Assembly (NCBI GenBank): GCA_002269645.1
Contig: NIVC01000009.1
Coordinates: 1 to 64,000, forward strand
Source of the DNA: Macrostomum lignano
Taxonomy: Eukaryota
Length of the DNA stretch: 64,000 nucleotides
Direction: 5' to 3'
Shown one piece after another: positions 25,989 to 45,100 of this stretch. A program made the translations under genes and the position numbers. Position 1 is the stretch's first letter. Every line of letters starts with the position of its first letter. Under the pieces are notes generated by a model. It was not told the DNA's origin. It did not search any database and worked only from the letters and a program-made list of their open reading frames with translations.

Positions 25989-27285
25989 AGCATCAGGGAA
26001 CAAAAAAAAACTGTGAAAATACCGTTGTAAAGTAACAATTGAAATGCCCTTCATCGATGTTCATCACTGAAAACTGTCGCAGAAGAGCCGCGACTGCTGT
26101 AACAGTAATAAAACAAATTTGGCGTTACCGTTATTACATGCAAGCTACATCTGCTAAAAAGGGCGCTTGTTAAGGATCAAAGCTCATATACGAATCAGTA
26201 AATTATTGTGAAGTAAAATCTTGTTAATAAACAGACTCTATCAGAATAGCAGACAATTCGATTTAAGCTTCTTAAGAAGGGCTGGATACATAAGAAAGCA
26301 GTCACGTGATAAAATTTGTACTTGGTCGGGAGTAGATATACATTGGGAAGCAACTGTGACCTACTTGGAGAAAACTAATTACGAGCTACCATTGTGCCGG
26401 CCGGAGCAGCTCAGCGGTAAAGTGGAGACTGCCTGACAATTAGAAAGTCAGGCCCACTGTACACCCTGTGTGAGCTTGTGTACAGTATTGGCGCACTTGT
26501 ATGTGCTCAGGACTCAGCGGATTGGGCAGAACAGCTTCAGTGCTGCTGCTTGTGTTGGACGATGTCGCCAAAGTCCCTCCCTGCACAGGCCTCCTGCAGT
26601 TATTATTTATGAAGCAGTGTTCAAAGCTTCTTCATTTTGGACCGTGTTTCACTTTCAATGTTATATTTATACCCTGCTACACAGGTTGAAAAAAGTTTGA
26701 TATAAATCAAAATCGGTCTCGGTGCTCTGGTCTCGAAAGATTTCGTTGTTGTTAAAACGGGAGGCAATAAAATTCCTGCCCTAATCTCTCGGGCCTTTCT
26801 TAGCCGAGCGCGTCCCTGTGCAGCTGATTTCGTGGAAATTCTGCGGGACCAATGAGCTGCGAGCGGCATAGCCAAATCACAATAGACGATCTTATCGCAT
26901 CACGTGACTGAACCCCCCCCCCTGCACCTGCCAGCGACTCTATAGATTCTTCTGTGCAGCTGCTGCTACAAGTAGACTGGGGACCGTTTTTTGTGAATTA
27001 CCACTGCGTGTGCGAATCGACGGGGATTTTTTTCGGTTGGGAGCTGCACCCGGCTGGCTGGGGGGCAGAGAAATTCTGAGCTATGGGTGAGAAAAATCGA
27101 TAAAAATCATATCCCAATCGGACAAGAAGGCTGATCGCTAGACCCTCCGGATTCCTCTGTTCAGCCAAGGGTGGGTCGGGCTGTTATTAAAGCGGAAACC
27201 AAGACGTTGGACGGTTCAGAGCTCGCTGCTCGTAGTTAAATTTGCATAGCTTATATCTGCCGAACCTGTTTGCCGAACCTGCGCC

Positions 27286-29282
27286 ATGGCCACCGCCAGC
27301 AACTTCCTGCAGAAATTTCGCGACAAGGACACCCGCGCCTTCAAGAACTTCACGGCCAGCCAGTTCCTGGAGGTGTGGAGCCACTACGATCTGGATGGTA
27401 GCGGCTACATCGAGGACCGGGAGCTGGACAGCTTCCTGCGCGAGTTCGTCAGCTCCATCGTTCCCGGCCGGATTGGCGAAGAGGTCGTGTCGGACAGCGC
27501 CCTGCAGGACCTCAAGGAGGAGTTCATGCGGGCGTACGACGAGAACGAGGACAATAAAATCGAGATTGGCGAGCTGGCGCAGATGCTGCCGACGGAGGAG
27601 AATTTCCTGCTGCTGTTCCGGCGGAGCAATCCGCTGTCCAGCAGCGTGGAGTTCATCCGGGTCTGGCGACAGTTCGACCGTGACAGCTCCGGCCACATCG
27701 ATGCCGACGAGTTGGGCGACTTCCTGCGGCACATCCTGGGAGAGAAGCGCGATGTCGGCGAGGAGCGGATGAAGGAGTACCGGGACACCATCCTGCGCCT
27801 GTTTGACAGGTGCGAGGGGCCTGGAATTCTAACGATTTGGAATTTATGATTCTTAGAATCAAGGATTCTAACAAATTGGAATTTGCGATTCTAAGAATCA
27901 AGGATTCTAACAAATTGGAATTTGCGATTCTAAGAATCAAGGATTCTAACAAATCGGAATTTGCGATTCTAAGAATCAAGGATTCTAACAAATTGGAATT
28001 TGCGATTCTAAGAATCAAGGATTCTAACAAATTGGAATTTGCGAATCTAAGAATCGAGGATTCTAACAAATTGGAATTTGCGATTCTAAGAATCGAGGAT
28101 TCTAACAAATTGGAGTTTGCGATTCCAAGAATCAAGGATTCTAACAAATTGGAATTTGCGATTCTAAGAATCAAGGATTCTAACAAATCGGAATTTGCGA
28201 TTCTAAGAATCAAGGATTCTAACAAATTGGAATTTGCGAATCTAAGAATCGAGGATTCTAACAAATTGGAATTTGCGATTCTAAGAATCGAGGATTCTAA
28301 CAAATTGGAGTTTGCGATTCCAAGAATCAAGGATTCTAACAAATTGGAATTTGCGATTCTAAGAATCGAGAATTCTAACAAATTGGAGTTTGCGATTCTA
28401 AGATCGGATTCTAAGAAATTGGAATTTTCGATATTAGGAATAGATTATCCTAACAATTTGGAGCTTGCGATTCTAAGAATTGAGGATTCTAACAATGTGG
28501 AATTTAAGATTTTAAGAATTGAGAATACAAAGCGTCTTATATTTGGAATTCTACGGATTTAAAATTTCGGATTTAAAGAAGTATGCACTTTGTATTTAAA
28601 AAATTACAATTTTTGATTCCAAGAATCAAGAATTTCAATTTCTAAAAGTGTGAAATCGGATTCTGAGAATTAAGTTTTTTTTAAGATCCTCTACCGATTA
28701 AAACTTTGTGGATCTTGACGATTTGAAATTCTCAGAGTTTTCAATAGATTCTGAGTAAGCTAATTCTCTAGTTAGGTTTCAAAGTTTACAGCTTAGCATT
28801 TAATTAGTCTCACAAGTATTGAGCTTCTATATATTCTGAGAGAAGCAACTACTTCAGCTGAAGAAACTGAAACAATTTGAATTCCCGCCATTCCATTATT
28901 TCTAAGAAACGGTGACGGCCAGCTGCAGCTGAGCGAGCTGGCCCGCCTGCTGCCAGTGAAGGACAATTTCTTGGCCAAGCCGCTGCTGAAAAACGCGTCC
29001 CGCCTGTCCGGCCCCGAGATCGACCGGCTGTTCCGCAAATACGACATGGACAGGAGCGGCCAGATCGAGGGAGACGAGCTGGCCGGACTGTTGAAGGACC
29101 TCCTGGAGCTGACCGGCGAGGACTACGACGAGTCCAAGATGCTATACTTCCGCGATGTCATCATGGAGCAGTGGGACGCCGACAAGGACGGCCGGATTGC
29201 CCGCGACGAGTTGAAGATGATTCTGCTGCAGCACAAGCGGCTGGCGGAGGAGCAGGAAGCTCTGCAGTCTGGCTGCGACTGA
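27286..29282 (+). CDS. Calbindin-32/calretinin-like multi-EF-hand protein; 2 exons
   Basis: Exons 27286-27809 and 28907-29282. EF loops DLDGSGYIEDRE, DENEDNKIEIGE, DRDSSGHIDADE, DRNGDGQLQLSE, DMDRSGQIEGDE, DADKDGRIARDE; LPTEENFLLLFR linker as in the calbindin family. Confidence 0.92.
27835..28400. repeat. 42-bp minisatellite in calbindin intron
   Basis: Unit GATTCTAAGAATCAAGGATTCTAACAAATTGGAATTTGC..; source of the 242-aa and 250-aa ORFs. Confidence 0.95.
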
Positions 29283-29744
29283 CCCGGGGGGGATCGAGTC
29301 CATAACCTTCTGACTTTAGACTGAGTTGGCTAGAAATTGATTATCGTTTATTGTTTCTAAATAAAATATTCTAGCTATATTCTGTAAAGCTACTTATAAA
29401 TAGTCTCGCTATAAACAAGTAGCAAAAGCGCATATCTCTACCGTAATTTAATCATTTTAGTGCATAGTCCGACGTCTACATGTAATGCAGAATCGATTCC
29501 ATAAATGTAGGAAAAGTAATAAATTAATTTTTCTTCAATACCTAAATCGTTAGGAAAGCTGGTTTCAAACTATTGTAATTGCTTCACCAACAATATAATT
29601 AACAAAAGTTGGTGCTGGTGGGATCAACTGTAAAATACAATTGCTGTGCAATATTGGCTCTGAGCTAACCTACTTCGGTTTAAAAAAAAAGTTTTCAATT
29701 TTATTTTTTCGACAAAGCTTTGTGTTTTGTTTTGTCGAAGCATA

Positions 29745-30070
29745 CACCCCTTCCACGGGATCCAATCCCAGTGACCCACACCCCTTCCACGGGATCCAAT
29801 CCCAGTAACCCACACCCGTTCACGGGATCCAATCCCAATGACCCACACCCGTTCACGGGATCCAATCCCAATGACCCACACCCGTTCACGGTATCCAATC
29901 CCTGTGACCCACACCCGTTCACGGTATCCAATCCCAGTGACCCACACCCGTTCACGGTATCCAATCCCAGTGACCCACACCCGTTCACGGTATCCAATCC
30001 CAGTGACCCACACCCGTTCACGGTATCCAATCCCAGTGACCCACACCCGTTCACGAGATCCAGTCCCAGT
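29745..30070. repeat. 33-bp minisatellite
   Basis: ATCCAATCCCAGTGACCCACACCCGTTCACGGT units. Confidence 0.9.
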
Positions 30071-31364
30071 CACCCCCACAAATTTGGTAGTTTTTCAAAG
30101 AAATCCCTGTTAAATTGATTTTTGCGACACAATACGAATAGCGAAATATCGATAAAGGCGAGTGAACGGTGCCCCAATTGCTAATTATCATTAAATTGGA
30201 TGTTAAAAAATCTGTTTAATAAGTCCTTTATTTAAAATATATATAGTCTTAAATATTTTCAATCGTTCACTCAAACTAAGTCGAGAGATATGGACTTAGT
30301 TGAGAATACAAATAGTTGTCATGAAATAATTTAGACAAAAACTAGATGCAGATAGAAAAGTAAATATAGTAAGAAAACATTACACACTACTAATCTTTGT
30401 TCAGTGACCGACCAAAATTTGGGTCTACAAGAAACAAAAATGTGACGTTGCCAGTTTGAGGTGGTCCCGAAAAGGGCCGTTGGACTACTGTTTCTCTATA
30501 GTTTCAACCCTTCAGTTTCACCGTTTCAACTAAACTTTTCCATTTGTTTATTGCGACGTTTGCTTGTAGTCGTGCCCAACGATTTTGTGGCAATTTCCAA
30601 TTCACTGTATATTTTGCTATCCTCTCTCGCGACCGTATAAAATTGGCACGATCGATAATTTTAAGTTCTCTCGCCAGCCAATGAAAATCACTCGTGCTTC
30701 GCGCTACCCCCCCTCTGCGCTCCTTTATTAAACCCCCGCCTGGCGGCGGCACTCCTCCCCCCCCGTCCTTATCTGTGCTTCTCTCTTCCTCCCGGCCTGT
30801 CCTCGGCCTTGTTTTCCTTCTCTCTGTCTGGGCCAGCCTGTTTACACTGCCTGCCACTGTCTGCCACGGCTAACGCCAATCTCACCACTACGCATCTGCC
30901 ACTGTTGTACTCATCGCCGTTACTCACCACGTTGCATCGTCTTGCATCACTCGCCTACCACTCGACTACAATCTCTAACTCACCTTCAAGTCAAAACCAT
31001 TGTTGCAGCCGCCAGTGCCCCAAAGCGCAATAAGTTCTATATTGATATTAACCGCATCGAATATTGATCTCAACAATAATAACCAACTACGGCCAGTTTC
31101 CGGCCTTGTATGCCAAGTGCTCCGCTACACAAATCCGCTATCAAGACTTGACTCGATTCATTTGGGACTAAAACGGCCCTTTTAAGGGTCACGGACAACA
31201 TCAAATAACGTGACAAAAAGCTCAAAAACGATGCAAAATAACAATGAAGGAAGCAACTAACTAACAAATATATTTTTGATTCAGTATAAAGTTGTTTATT
31301 TACAATTTCAATGCGTTCTTTGAGCTTGTTAAACTCAGTATAATCGAGAAGGAATATCTGGTTT

Positions 31365-31970
31365 CTTGAAAATACGACTTATTTTAACGCTGTGCTAATT
31401 GATTGAGAAGAAATGTGTGATTTCTTGGAAATACGACTTATTTTAAGGCTGTGCTAATTGCTTGAGAAGAAATGTGGTTACTTGGAAATACGACTTATTT
31501 TAACGCTGTGCTAATTAATTGAGAAGAAATGTGTGATTTCTTGGAAATACGACTTATTTTAACGCTGTGCTAATTGATTGAGAAGAAATGTGTGATTTCT
31601 TGGAAATACGACTTATTTTAACGCTGTGCTAATTGATTGAGAAGAAATGTGTGGTTACTTGGAAATACGACTTATTTTAACGCTGTGCTAATTAATTGAG
31701 AAGAAATGTGTGATTTCTTGGAAATACGACTTATTTTAACGCTGTGCTAATTGATTGAGAAGAAATGTGTGATTTCTTGGAAATACGACTTATTTTAACG
31801 CTGTGCTAATTGATTGAGAAGAAATGTGTGATTTCTTGGAAATACGACTTATTTTAACGCTGTGCTAATTGATTGAGAAGAAATGTGTGATTTCTTGGAA
31901 ATACGACTTATTTTAACGCTGTGCTAATTGATTGAGAAGAAATGTGTGATTTCTTGGAAATACGACTTTT
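31365..31970. repeat. 59-bp minisatellite
   Basis: AACGCTGTGCTAATTGATTGAGAAGAAATGTGTGATTTCTTGGAAATACGACTTATTTT units. Confidence 0.95.
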
Positions 31971-32253
31971 TCACGCTCTGGTAATCAATTGCTCGAAAAG
32001 TTTGTAAATTTGGAAAAATGAGAGCAGAGTAAAAGACGAGGGATCATTTGTATCTAAGCATGCCCAAATGTCAGTCTTGTAAGGGGAATCTGTGTGTAAT
32101 ATGCCCAAAAAAGGAACTGTTTATATAATTTTTTCAATTGTTCTGCTCAAATTCAACAATGGCAGCATGCTAGAGAGCATGGTTTAATGGAATAATAATG
32201 CCAATACCAAGCTGAGATCAGAGATTCTGAACAAATTCCTAAGAAAACAAACT

Positions 32254-32592
<339 letters not shown>

Positions 32593-35198
32593 TCAGAATA
32601 TTTATCTCTATTAGTCTAGACGGTAGCTGGCGTCTCTAAGACTGGCGCAGTCAACTTTCTTTTTCAGCAATAGGGGCCAAAGTTTGGACAGGAAATGAAG
32701 AAAAAGCAGCAACTCTCGGCTACGCTTGGTTCGGCCAGCCCTCCCAAATAGTTCGCTAAATTGCAGGCCTCTCGACTATTCACTGAGAAGCGAGAGAGAG
32801 AGAGGGGGGGATACCCCAGTCTGGAGCAGCAGTCAGGCTAGTCATCCGCTGTACTGCGATCGGAGCCACAGCCAGATAGAAAGGGAGAGAGAGAATTGGG
32901 GGATATTTTCCTCTCAGCCCCTCCTCCTCATTCGCCTCCCCGATCCTCTGCTGCACGTTCCTCGTCTACTATCCCGGCCAATCGATAATTTTCGGCCTTA
33001 TAGCTGTACTTTCGGTTGCTTCGCATTTCCCCAGCTGCAGCGCGCTCGCTTCCCCTGCCTTGCTCCTCCTCTTCTGCTTCTCCCGTCTTTGCCTTCGAAA
33101 GGGTTCCGAGTTTTTGCATAAATAATTTTGTTTACAGAGCAGCTATTATATCCACTGAAGCTGAGCAGCGCAATCAGAAACACTTGAAGAGTGCACAAGC
33201 ACCAGGGGCTTTACGAGTAGCAATACTGCTGGCAATATACTTTTGATAGCCAATGGGAAGTCTTTAGCGCCCCGGCCCTTTGTCCCTTTTACCGAATGTT
33301 GGGTTGATCAAAATGACTCCTATTATTTAACCGTAAAAAAAGCAAGTTACATGTAATTGAATATGTGTACTGAAATCCTAATTAAGAGTGATGGACGAAA
33401 CTTGGAGATGTGAGACAAGTGAGACAACTTGGAAATAGAGCTGATAAGGAGACAGACTCGTTTGGTCCCCCTTACAATTTATCCAAAAAAGGCAAGAGGC
33501 ACTGTATACCCCCACTGGGGTCATCCCATAGATCTTATATGATCTTTGGGTCATCCCCTATAAAAATTGCTGCATAGCAACCACGCTAACGCTGAGTATA
33601 TACATGTATATGATCTTTTGTTGTTGAAATTTGTGTTGCACGCACTAATAATTAATTGACGGAATCAATTGATTAATTGACATGTGTGGCACAAAAAGAG
33701 AATGTGCATTTGTCGTATAATCCAATAGCACAACATTTTGTTTTTCCCGCCTCAAGGGGGTAGCAATTACTCGATCAAACAATACGTCAATTAGTAAGAT
33801 TTTTTGTCGCTCATCCCCTCGTTTTTATTTGCAAGTGGCATATACATGTATAGTCGGGTAGTAGTCTTCGTTTATAAAAAGTATTTTGTGGGGAGCAAAG
33901 ACAACTGTATATTACAATTATATACAGTGGTCCTTGGTTGGAGCTAATTGGTGGCGACCGCCAAGTAATAGTTAAAACAAATATATAAAAATAGTCACTG
34001 TAAATAATGCAAAAAACAATAAAACATTATGTAGGAGTGTTAAAAAAGGTTTTCTCATAATGAATTTTGCGAAAATAAAAGATCAAGCAAGTGAAACAAG
34101 TATAAATAACTTACGAAGCAATTCAAACGGAAAACATTGTTGCTTTTTTTATTGAGAGTAGTCAGTCAGCTTATAGTAACGTACTTGTTTATAGCTAAGT
34201 GTTACCACTTAAAAATGGTGAAAATGCACTAAATTACCTATAATATTATTTATTAGTAGTTGCGTTTAACTCACTATTTATCAGAGATCCATCATTCTAA
34301 GAAATAAATTATTTGAGCATAAGCCATGAATACTGCGTGCTTTTGATCACCGAACTTGACAAGTAGATGAAAATATCTACAGTAAGCACCTGCCTGTAAT
34401 TCTGTAAAGGCTGTAAACGCTCTCTTAAATGTTCACAAAATGTATCGACTAGCTGCTTCTTCATTTTTATTTATTTAATTTTCTTAGTTTGAACTTTTAT
34501 TAATAATAGTACTTTTAATGAGTTGAAGCAGAATGACAGAAATACAAAGTGTTGTTGAAAATCGGATTTAAATTATTATAAAATAGGTTCTACCTGAAAT
34601 TCTGATCTTTAACTGTAAACTATGATGCTCTAGGCCTATTCTTTTTAATATTCAAATTAATTCATCATATTTTTTAATTAAAACCTATAGCAAGTTAAGG
34701 GTATGAGAGGTATCATTGTTGTTTTTTCACAGAGAAATATAAATAGGTTAAAATTTAATTTTGTATATAATAAATAGCATCTCTTTTAAACGTTGCTATT
34801 TATATGATATGTCCTTATTATAAACCATTTAGTTATTTAGCTCAGATTACTAATTGTTTTTGTTACAGTATGGCTCCAACAAGTTATCGACGCTCGTAGA
34901 AACAATCTTTTAACTTTAATGTAACAGCTTTTTATCCTGATTTTGTCTATATTATAATGCAACAATTTCTTTCCATGAATCTTCAAGCTCTATGTATTAA
35001 ATTACATACCGTATATTGTAAGTTAAATGGTTTATCTGATCTGAAATCAAATCTGACACTTAATGCTTGAGTACGAAGTAGCACAAATATAGCAAAAAAT
35101 GATTTCATAAGTTTGTATTTAAATTTCAAACAAAGATTATTAACCCAGAAAATCCGAATCTTCTGCCAGAAGTGGTTCGGCGCTGCAAAAGAACAGAA

Positions 35199-40279
<5,081 letters not shown>

Positions 40280-41384
40280 GGCCTTAATTGAGCCTATGAA
40301 GCTTTCAGCTCGATTCTCTAGCCATCAACGAATCAGAACAGACTTCTACCATAGACATTCTGCTGAACTCTAACACCCAGTCTACATTATTTTCAACAGA
40401 GCGTTGAGGCCAAAATAGTCTCAATTGTTTGCTTAACCCGGAATTGTCTCGCATTACACGCTTTAGTAATTTTTGTGGGCCATCGAATATCCACATTTTT
40501 TTGCTATCTTTTTTTTCAGCACAAAGTGGCCTATTTAGAGTGTATAATGAGGTCTATGGCTTTAGCGTATCGAGTTCTTGAGCCAGAATCTTAAGACTAA
40601 GTAATTGCTCTGCGATTTAGTAAAATCTTCAGTCTTGTGTAAATAGACTTTGGCCATAGACAAAAAATTCTGAACCAGCCAATACTAATTAGAGTCGTAG
40701 ATAGCGAGTGAGAGAATTTACCATAGACAGCCTAAAATGTCGATGGTCTTTTTACCATAGACATTCTTGGATCTCGGTTTTGACACTACAACTATGTCTA
40801 TGGCACAAACCTGCTTTGTGTAATTCAACTTAGAAGTCTGATGACAAATCTCGTAGATTTAATTGCTTCTGACTATTAACTTAAAAGTCGCTTGGTGCTT
40901 AACCGGATTCATGGCATTTTCAGTAGTCAAGTACAGACGCTGGGCATGCTTCCACTACTAAATTTATGTGTATATTCAAACCGAATCGCTTCCTGTTTAT
41001 ATGAACTTTTTACTATTTTAAAACATAGCTTGCTGAGTTCAAGTTCTTCTGATTAAGAGCTAGGGGCATTTTTTAAAAAACCAATTCAAAGTGTACAGAA
41101 GCTCAATTTTATTAAGTATAATACGGCCGAGGCCTCTGTTTTGCATTCCTCCAAATCCTCTTGTGCTTATCTTCCATTGTGACGGAAAACAGACTATACG
41201 ACTGACATTATTAATACTGTACAGTTAATTAAAACAAATAAATTATGTACCAAATATTTGATCAGAGCTGCTTGTCTCAACTGGATATTTAAAGTTTATT
41301 TTCTGTATTTTATTCTTTTCTAGGCCTATTTAGCACCATAAATCTGCTGTTCATAGTTTAGAGTCCACTCTACAACTGCATTAT

Positions 41385-41880
41385 AGTGACGCTAAAATCT
41401 AGTCTGCGACGCTAAAATCTAGTCTGCGACGCTAAAATCTAGTCTGTGGCGCTAACATCTAGTCTGTGGCGCTAACATCTAGTCTGTGGCGCTAAAATCT
41501 AGTCTGTAGCGCTAAAATCTAGTCTGTGACGCTAAAATCTAGTCTGTGGCGCTAACATCTAGTCTGCGACGCTAAAATCTAGTCTGTGACGCTAAAATTT
41601 AGTTTGTGACGCTAAGATCTAGTCTGTGACGATAAAATCAATTCTGTGACGCTAAAATCTAGTCTGTGACATCTAGTCTGCGACGCTAAAATCTAGTCTG
41701 TGGCGCTAACATCTAGTCTGTGGCGCTAACATCTAGTCTGCGACGCTAAAATCTAGTCTGTGACGCTAAAATTTAGTTTGTGACGCTAAGATCTAGTCTG
41801 TGACGATAAAATCAAGTCTGTGGCGCTAACATCTAGTCTGTGACGCTAAAATCAAGTCTGTGGCGCTAACATCTAGTCCT
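41385..41880. repeat. 20-bp minisatellite
   Basis: GACGCTAAAATCTAGTCTGT units. Confidence 0.9.
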
Positions 41881-42101
41881 ATTTGAAAATGGATGCTTAA
41901 ACTTTTAGACGATGCTTATTACTTTTGGGGCTTATGAAACCACCAACCCAAGCCATAAACCTGTTTAGTATTCCTAGATAAAGACAAAGATTACTAAAGA
42001 AAAACTATTTAGAGCGGATTCCATTATTAAGCTAATAATAAGGGCCTATTTCAGCCCCTTACTGACCACAACTGCCTGTGCCAGCCTCCAACAACCTGCA
42101 G

Positions 42102-45100
42102 ATGACGCAACGTCATCAGACAGACAGGCAGAGCGCTGAGCGTCAGCTCCGAGCCGAGTATCCAGAATTTAGCGAGCAGTGCATTCAGCAGACTTTAGAG
42201 GCGGTGAGCAAGAGTGTGGCGTGTGTGCATGGAAATTCCGTGGAAGTTCCGTTAATTAGCTGCTATTTATGTACGAGTATATGACATTGCTGCTGTAATT
42301 TCTGTCAATTAATTGCTTTGTGTTTTTTTGTTATGCTAGAGCCTACGGGCCCGTATTGCCAATATTTTAATGCAGTGTAAAACTAATTCAGAGTGAGCAG
42401 TTTTGGCTGTAACTCTATACAGGCACTAATACAGGCACTAATACAGACACTAATACAGACACTAATACAGGCACTAATACAGACACTAATACAGGCACTA
42501 ATACAGACACTAATACAGACACTAATACAGGCACTAATACAGGCACTAATACAGGCACTAATACAGACACTAATACAGGCACTAATACAGGCACTAATAC
42601 AGGCACTAATACAGGCACTAATACAGACACTAATACAGGCACTAATACAGACACTAATACAGGCACTAATACAGGCACTAATACAGACACTAATACAGAC
42701 ACTAACACAGGCACTAATACAGACACTAATACAGGCACTAATACAGACACTAATACAGGCACTAATACAGACACTAATACAGGCACTAATACAAGCACTA
42801 ATACAGACACTAATACAGACACTAATACAGACACTAATACAGACACTAATACAGACACTAATACAGGCACTAATACAGACACTAATACAGACACTAATAC
42901 AGGCACTAATACAGACACTAATACAGGCACTAATACAAGCACTAATACAGACACTAATACAGACACTAATACAGACACTAATACAGACACTAATACAGGC
43001 ACTAATACAGACACTAATACAGACACTAACACAGGCACTAATACAGACACTAATACAGGCACTAATACAGGCACTAATACAGACACTAATACAGGCACTA
43101 ATACAGACACTAATACAGACACTAATACAGGCACTAATACAGGCACTAATACAGGCACTAATACAGGCACTAATACAGACACTAATACAGGCACTAATAC
43201 AGACACTAATACAGGCACTAATACAGGCACTAATACAGACACTAATACAGACACTAACACAGGCACTAATACAGACACTAATACAGGCACTAATACAGAC
43301 ACTAATACAGGCACTAATACAGACACTAATACAGGCACTAATACAAGCACTAATACAGACACTAATACAGACACTAATACAGACACTAATACAGACACTA
43401 ATACAGACACTAATACAGGCACTAATACAGACACTAATACAGACACTAATACAGACACTAATACAGGCACTAATACAGACACTAATACAGGCACTAATAC
43501 AAGCACTAATACAGACACTAATACAGACACTAATACAGACACTAATACAGACACTAATACAGGCACTAATACAGACACTAATACAGACACTAACACAGGC
43601 ACTAATACAGACACTAATACAGGCACTAATACAGGCACTAATACAGACACTAATACAGGCACTAATACAGACACTAATACAGGCACTAATACAGGCACTA
43701 ATACAGGCACTAATACAGGCACTAATACAGACACTAATACAGGCACTAATACAGACACCATTTTTGCTCACTGTTGTGATGTTGCATATCCTTTTCAACT
43801 CTTTACAATTTGTATACTATTAAGCTTTATTTACTCGTTTTTGAATAATCTTTTCAGGATCGAATTTTACAGAGGGTTTTTTATATCACAGTTATTGGGC
43901 AATACTCTTGTTTCCGTTAGCGCATAAAGCTTGAAATTAACAAATTAATTCTCAGGAGTCTAAGAAACTCTAAGGAAATTCCGCCGGCTGAAGCAGAGTT
44001 TACAGCAATTATTAATATAGTTAATTTTGTCTCGAATTTGGCAGAAATAGAGCCCTAGCAGCCTATACTATGCCTTGTGCCCCGTGTGCAAGGGGCTGCG
44101 ACAAGATCAGCTTACCTGCCCCCCCCCGTAACCGAACCTGTTAGTTTGCAGTTAGCTTGTCTGCTATAGGCGACCTTCCTTTACGATGAAGCGAAGAGAT
44201 TAGCTACCTCCCGCTTGCTGCCAAAGCCAATGTAGTTAGGCGCATATAGTCCAGCGGTAATAAGTGGTGCTGAAGTTGAAAAAAATTACAATCGTACTCG
44301 TATGCACAAAACCTTCGAAGAAATTTTTCTCCTTTAGCTACTACTTTTGTTAGCGTCTTTGGTATTTCTTATCTTTTGGCTTCTCGCATGTATTAAGCTA
44401 GTACATGTAAGAGTTCTGCAAGCAAGGTTGATGAGTGCAGGTGCACTTGAGCTTTTTATACTCTTTCGTGGCCCAGTTGCTGGATTCACCTGTGTCAGCT
44501 AGGACTCCAGTTGCTGGATTCACCTGTGTCAGCTAGGACTCCAGTTGCTGTATTCACCTGTGTCAGCTAGGACTCCAGTTGCTGGATTCACCTGTGTCAG
44601 CTAGGACTCCAGTTGCTGTATTCACCTGTGTCAGCTAGGACTCCAGTTGCTGTATTCACCTGTGTCAGCTAGGACTCCAGTTGCTGTATTCACCTGTGTC
44701 AGCTAGGACTCCAGTTGCTGTATTCACCTGTGTCAGCTAGGACTCCAGTTGCTGTATTCACCTGTGTCAGCTAGGACTCCAGTTGCTGTATTCACCTGTG
44801 TCAGCTAGGACTCCAGTTGCTGTATTCACCTGTGTCAGCTAGGACTCCAGTTGTTGGATTCACCTGTGTCAGCTAGGACTCCAGTTGCTGGATTCACCTG
44901 TGTCAGCTAGGACTCCAGTTGCTGTATTCACCTGTGTCAGCTAGGACTCCAGTTGCTGTATTCACCTGTGTCAGCTAGGACTCCAGTTGCTGTATTCACC
45001 TGTGTCAGCTAGGACTCCAGTTGCTGTATTCACCTGTGTCAGCTAGGACTCCAGTTGCTGTATTCACCTGTGTCAGCTAGGACTCCAGTTGCTGTATTCA

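Noticed and set aside
27850-28400. TTCtaaGAA repeated as a possible HSE array
   Set aside because: Spacing is 3 nt, not the nGAAn 2-nt register needed for HSF binding
27653-28562. 242-aa and 250-aa leucine-periodic (LRR-like) ORFs
   Set aside because: 42-bp repeat in the calbindin intron
42383-43823. 448-476 aa ORFs (LIQT/LIQA, ISVC, VLVS repeats)
   Set aside because: Translations of a stop-free 12-bp intronic satellite
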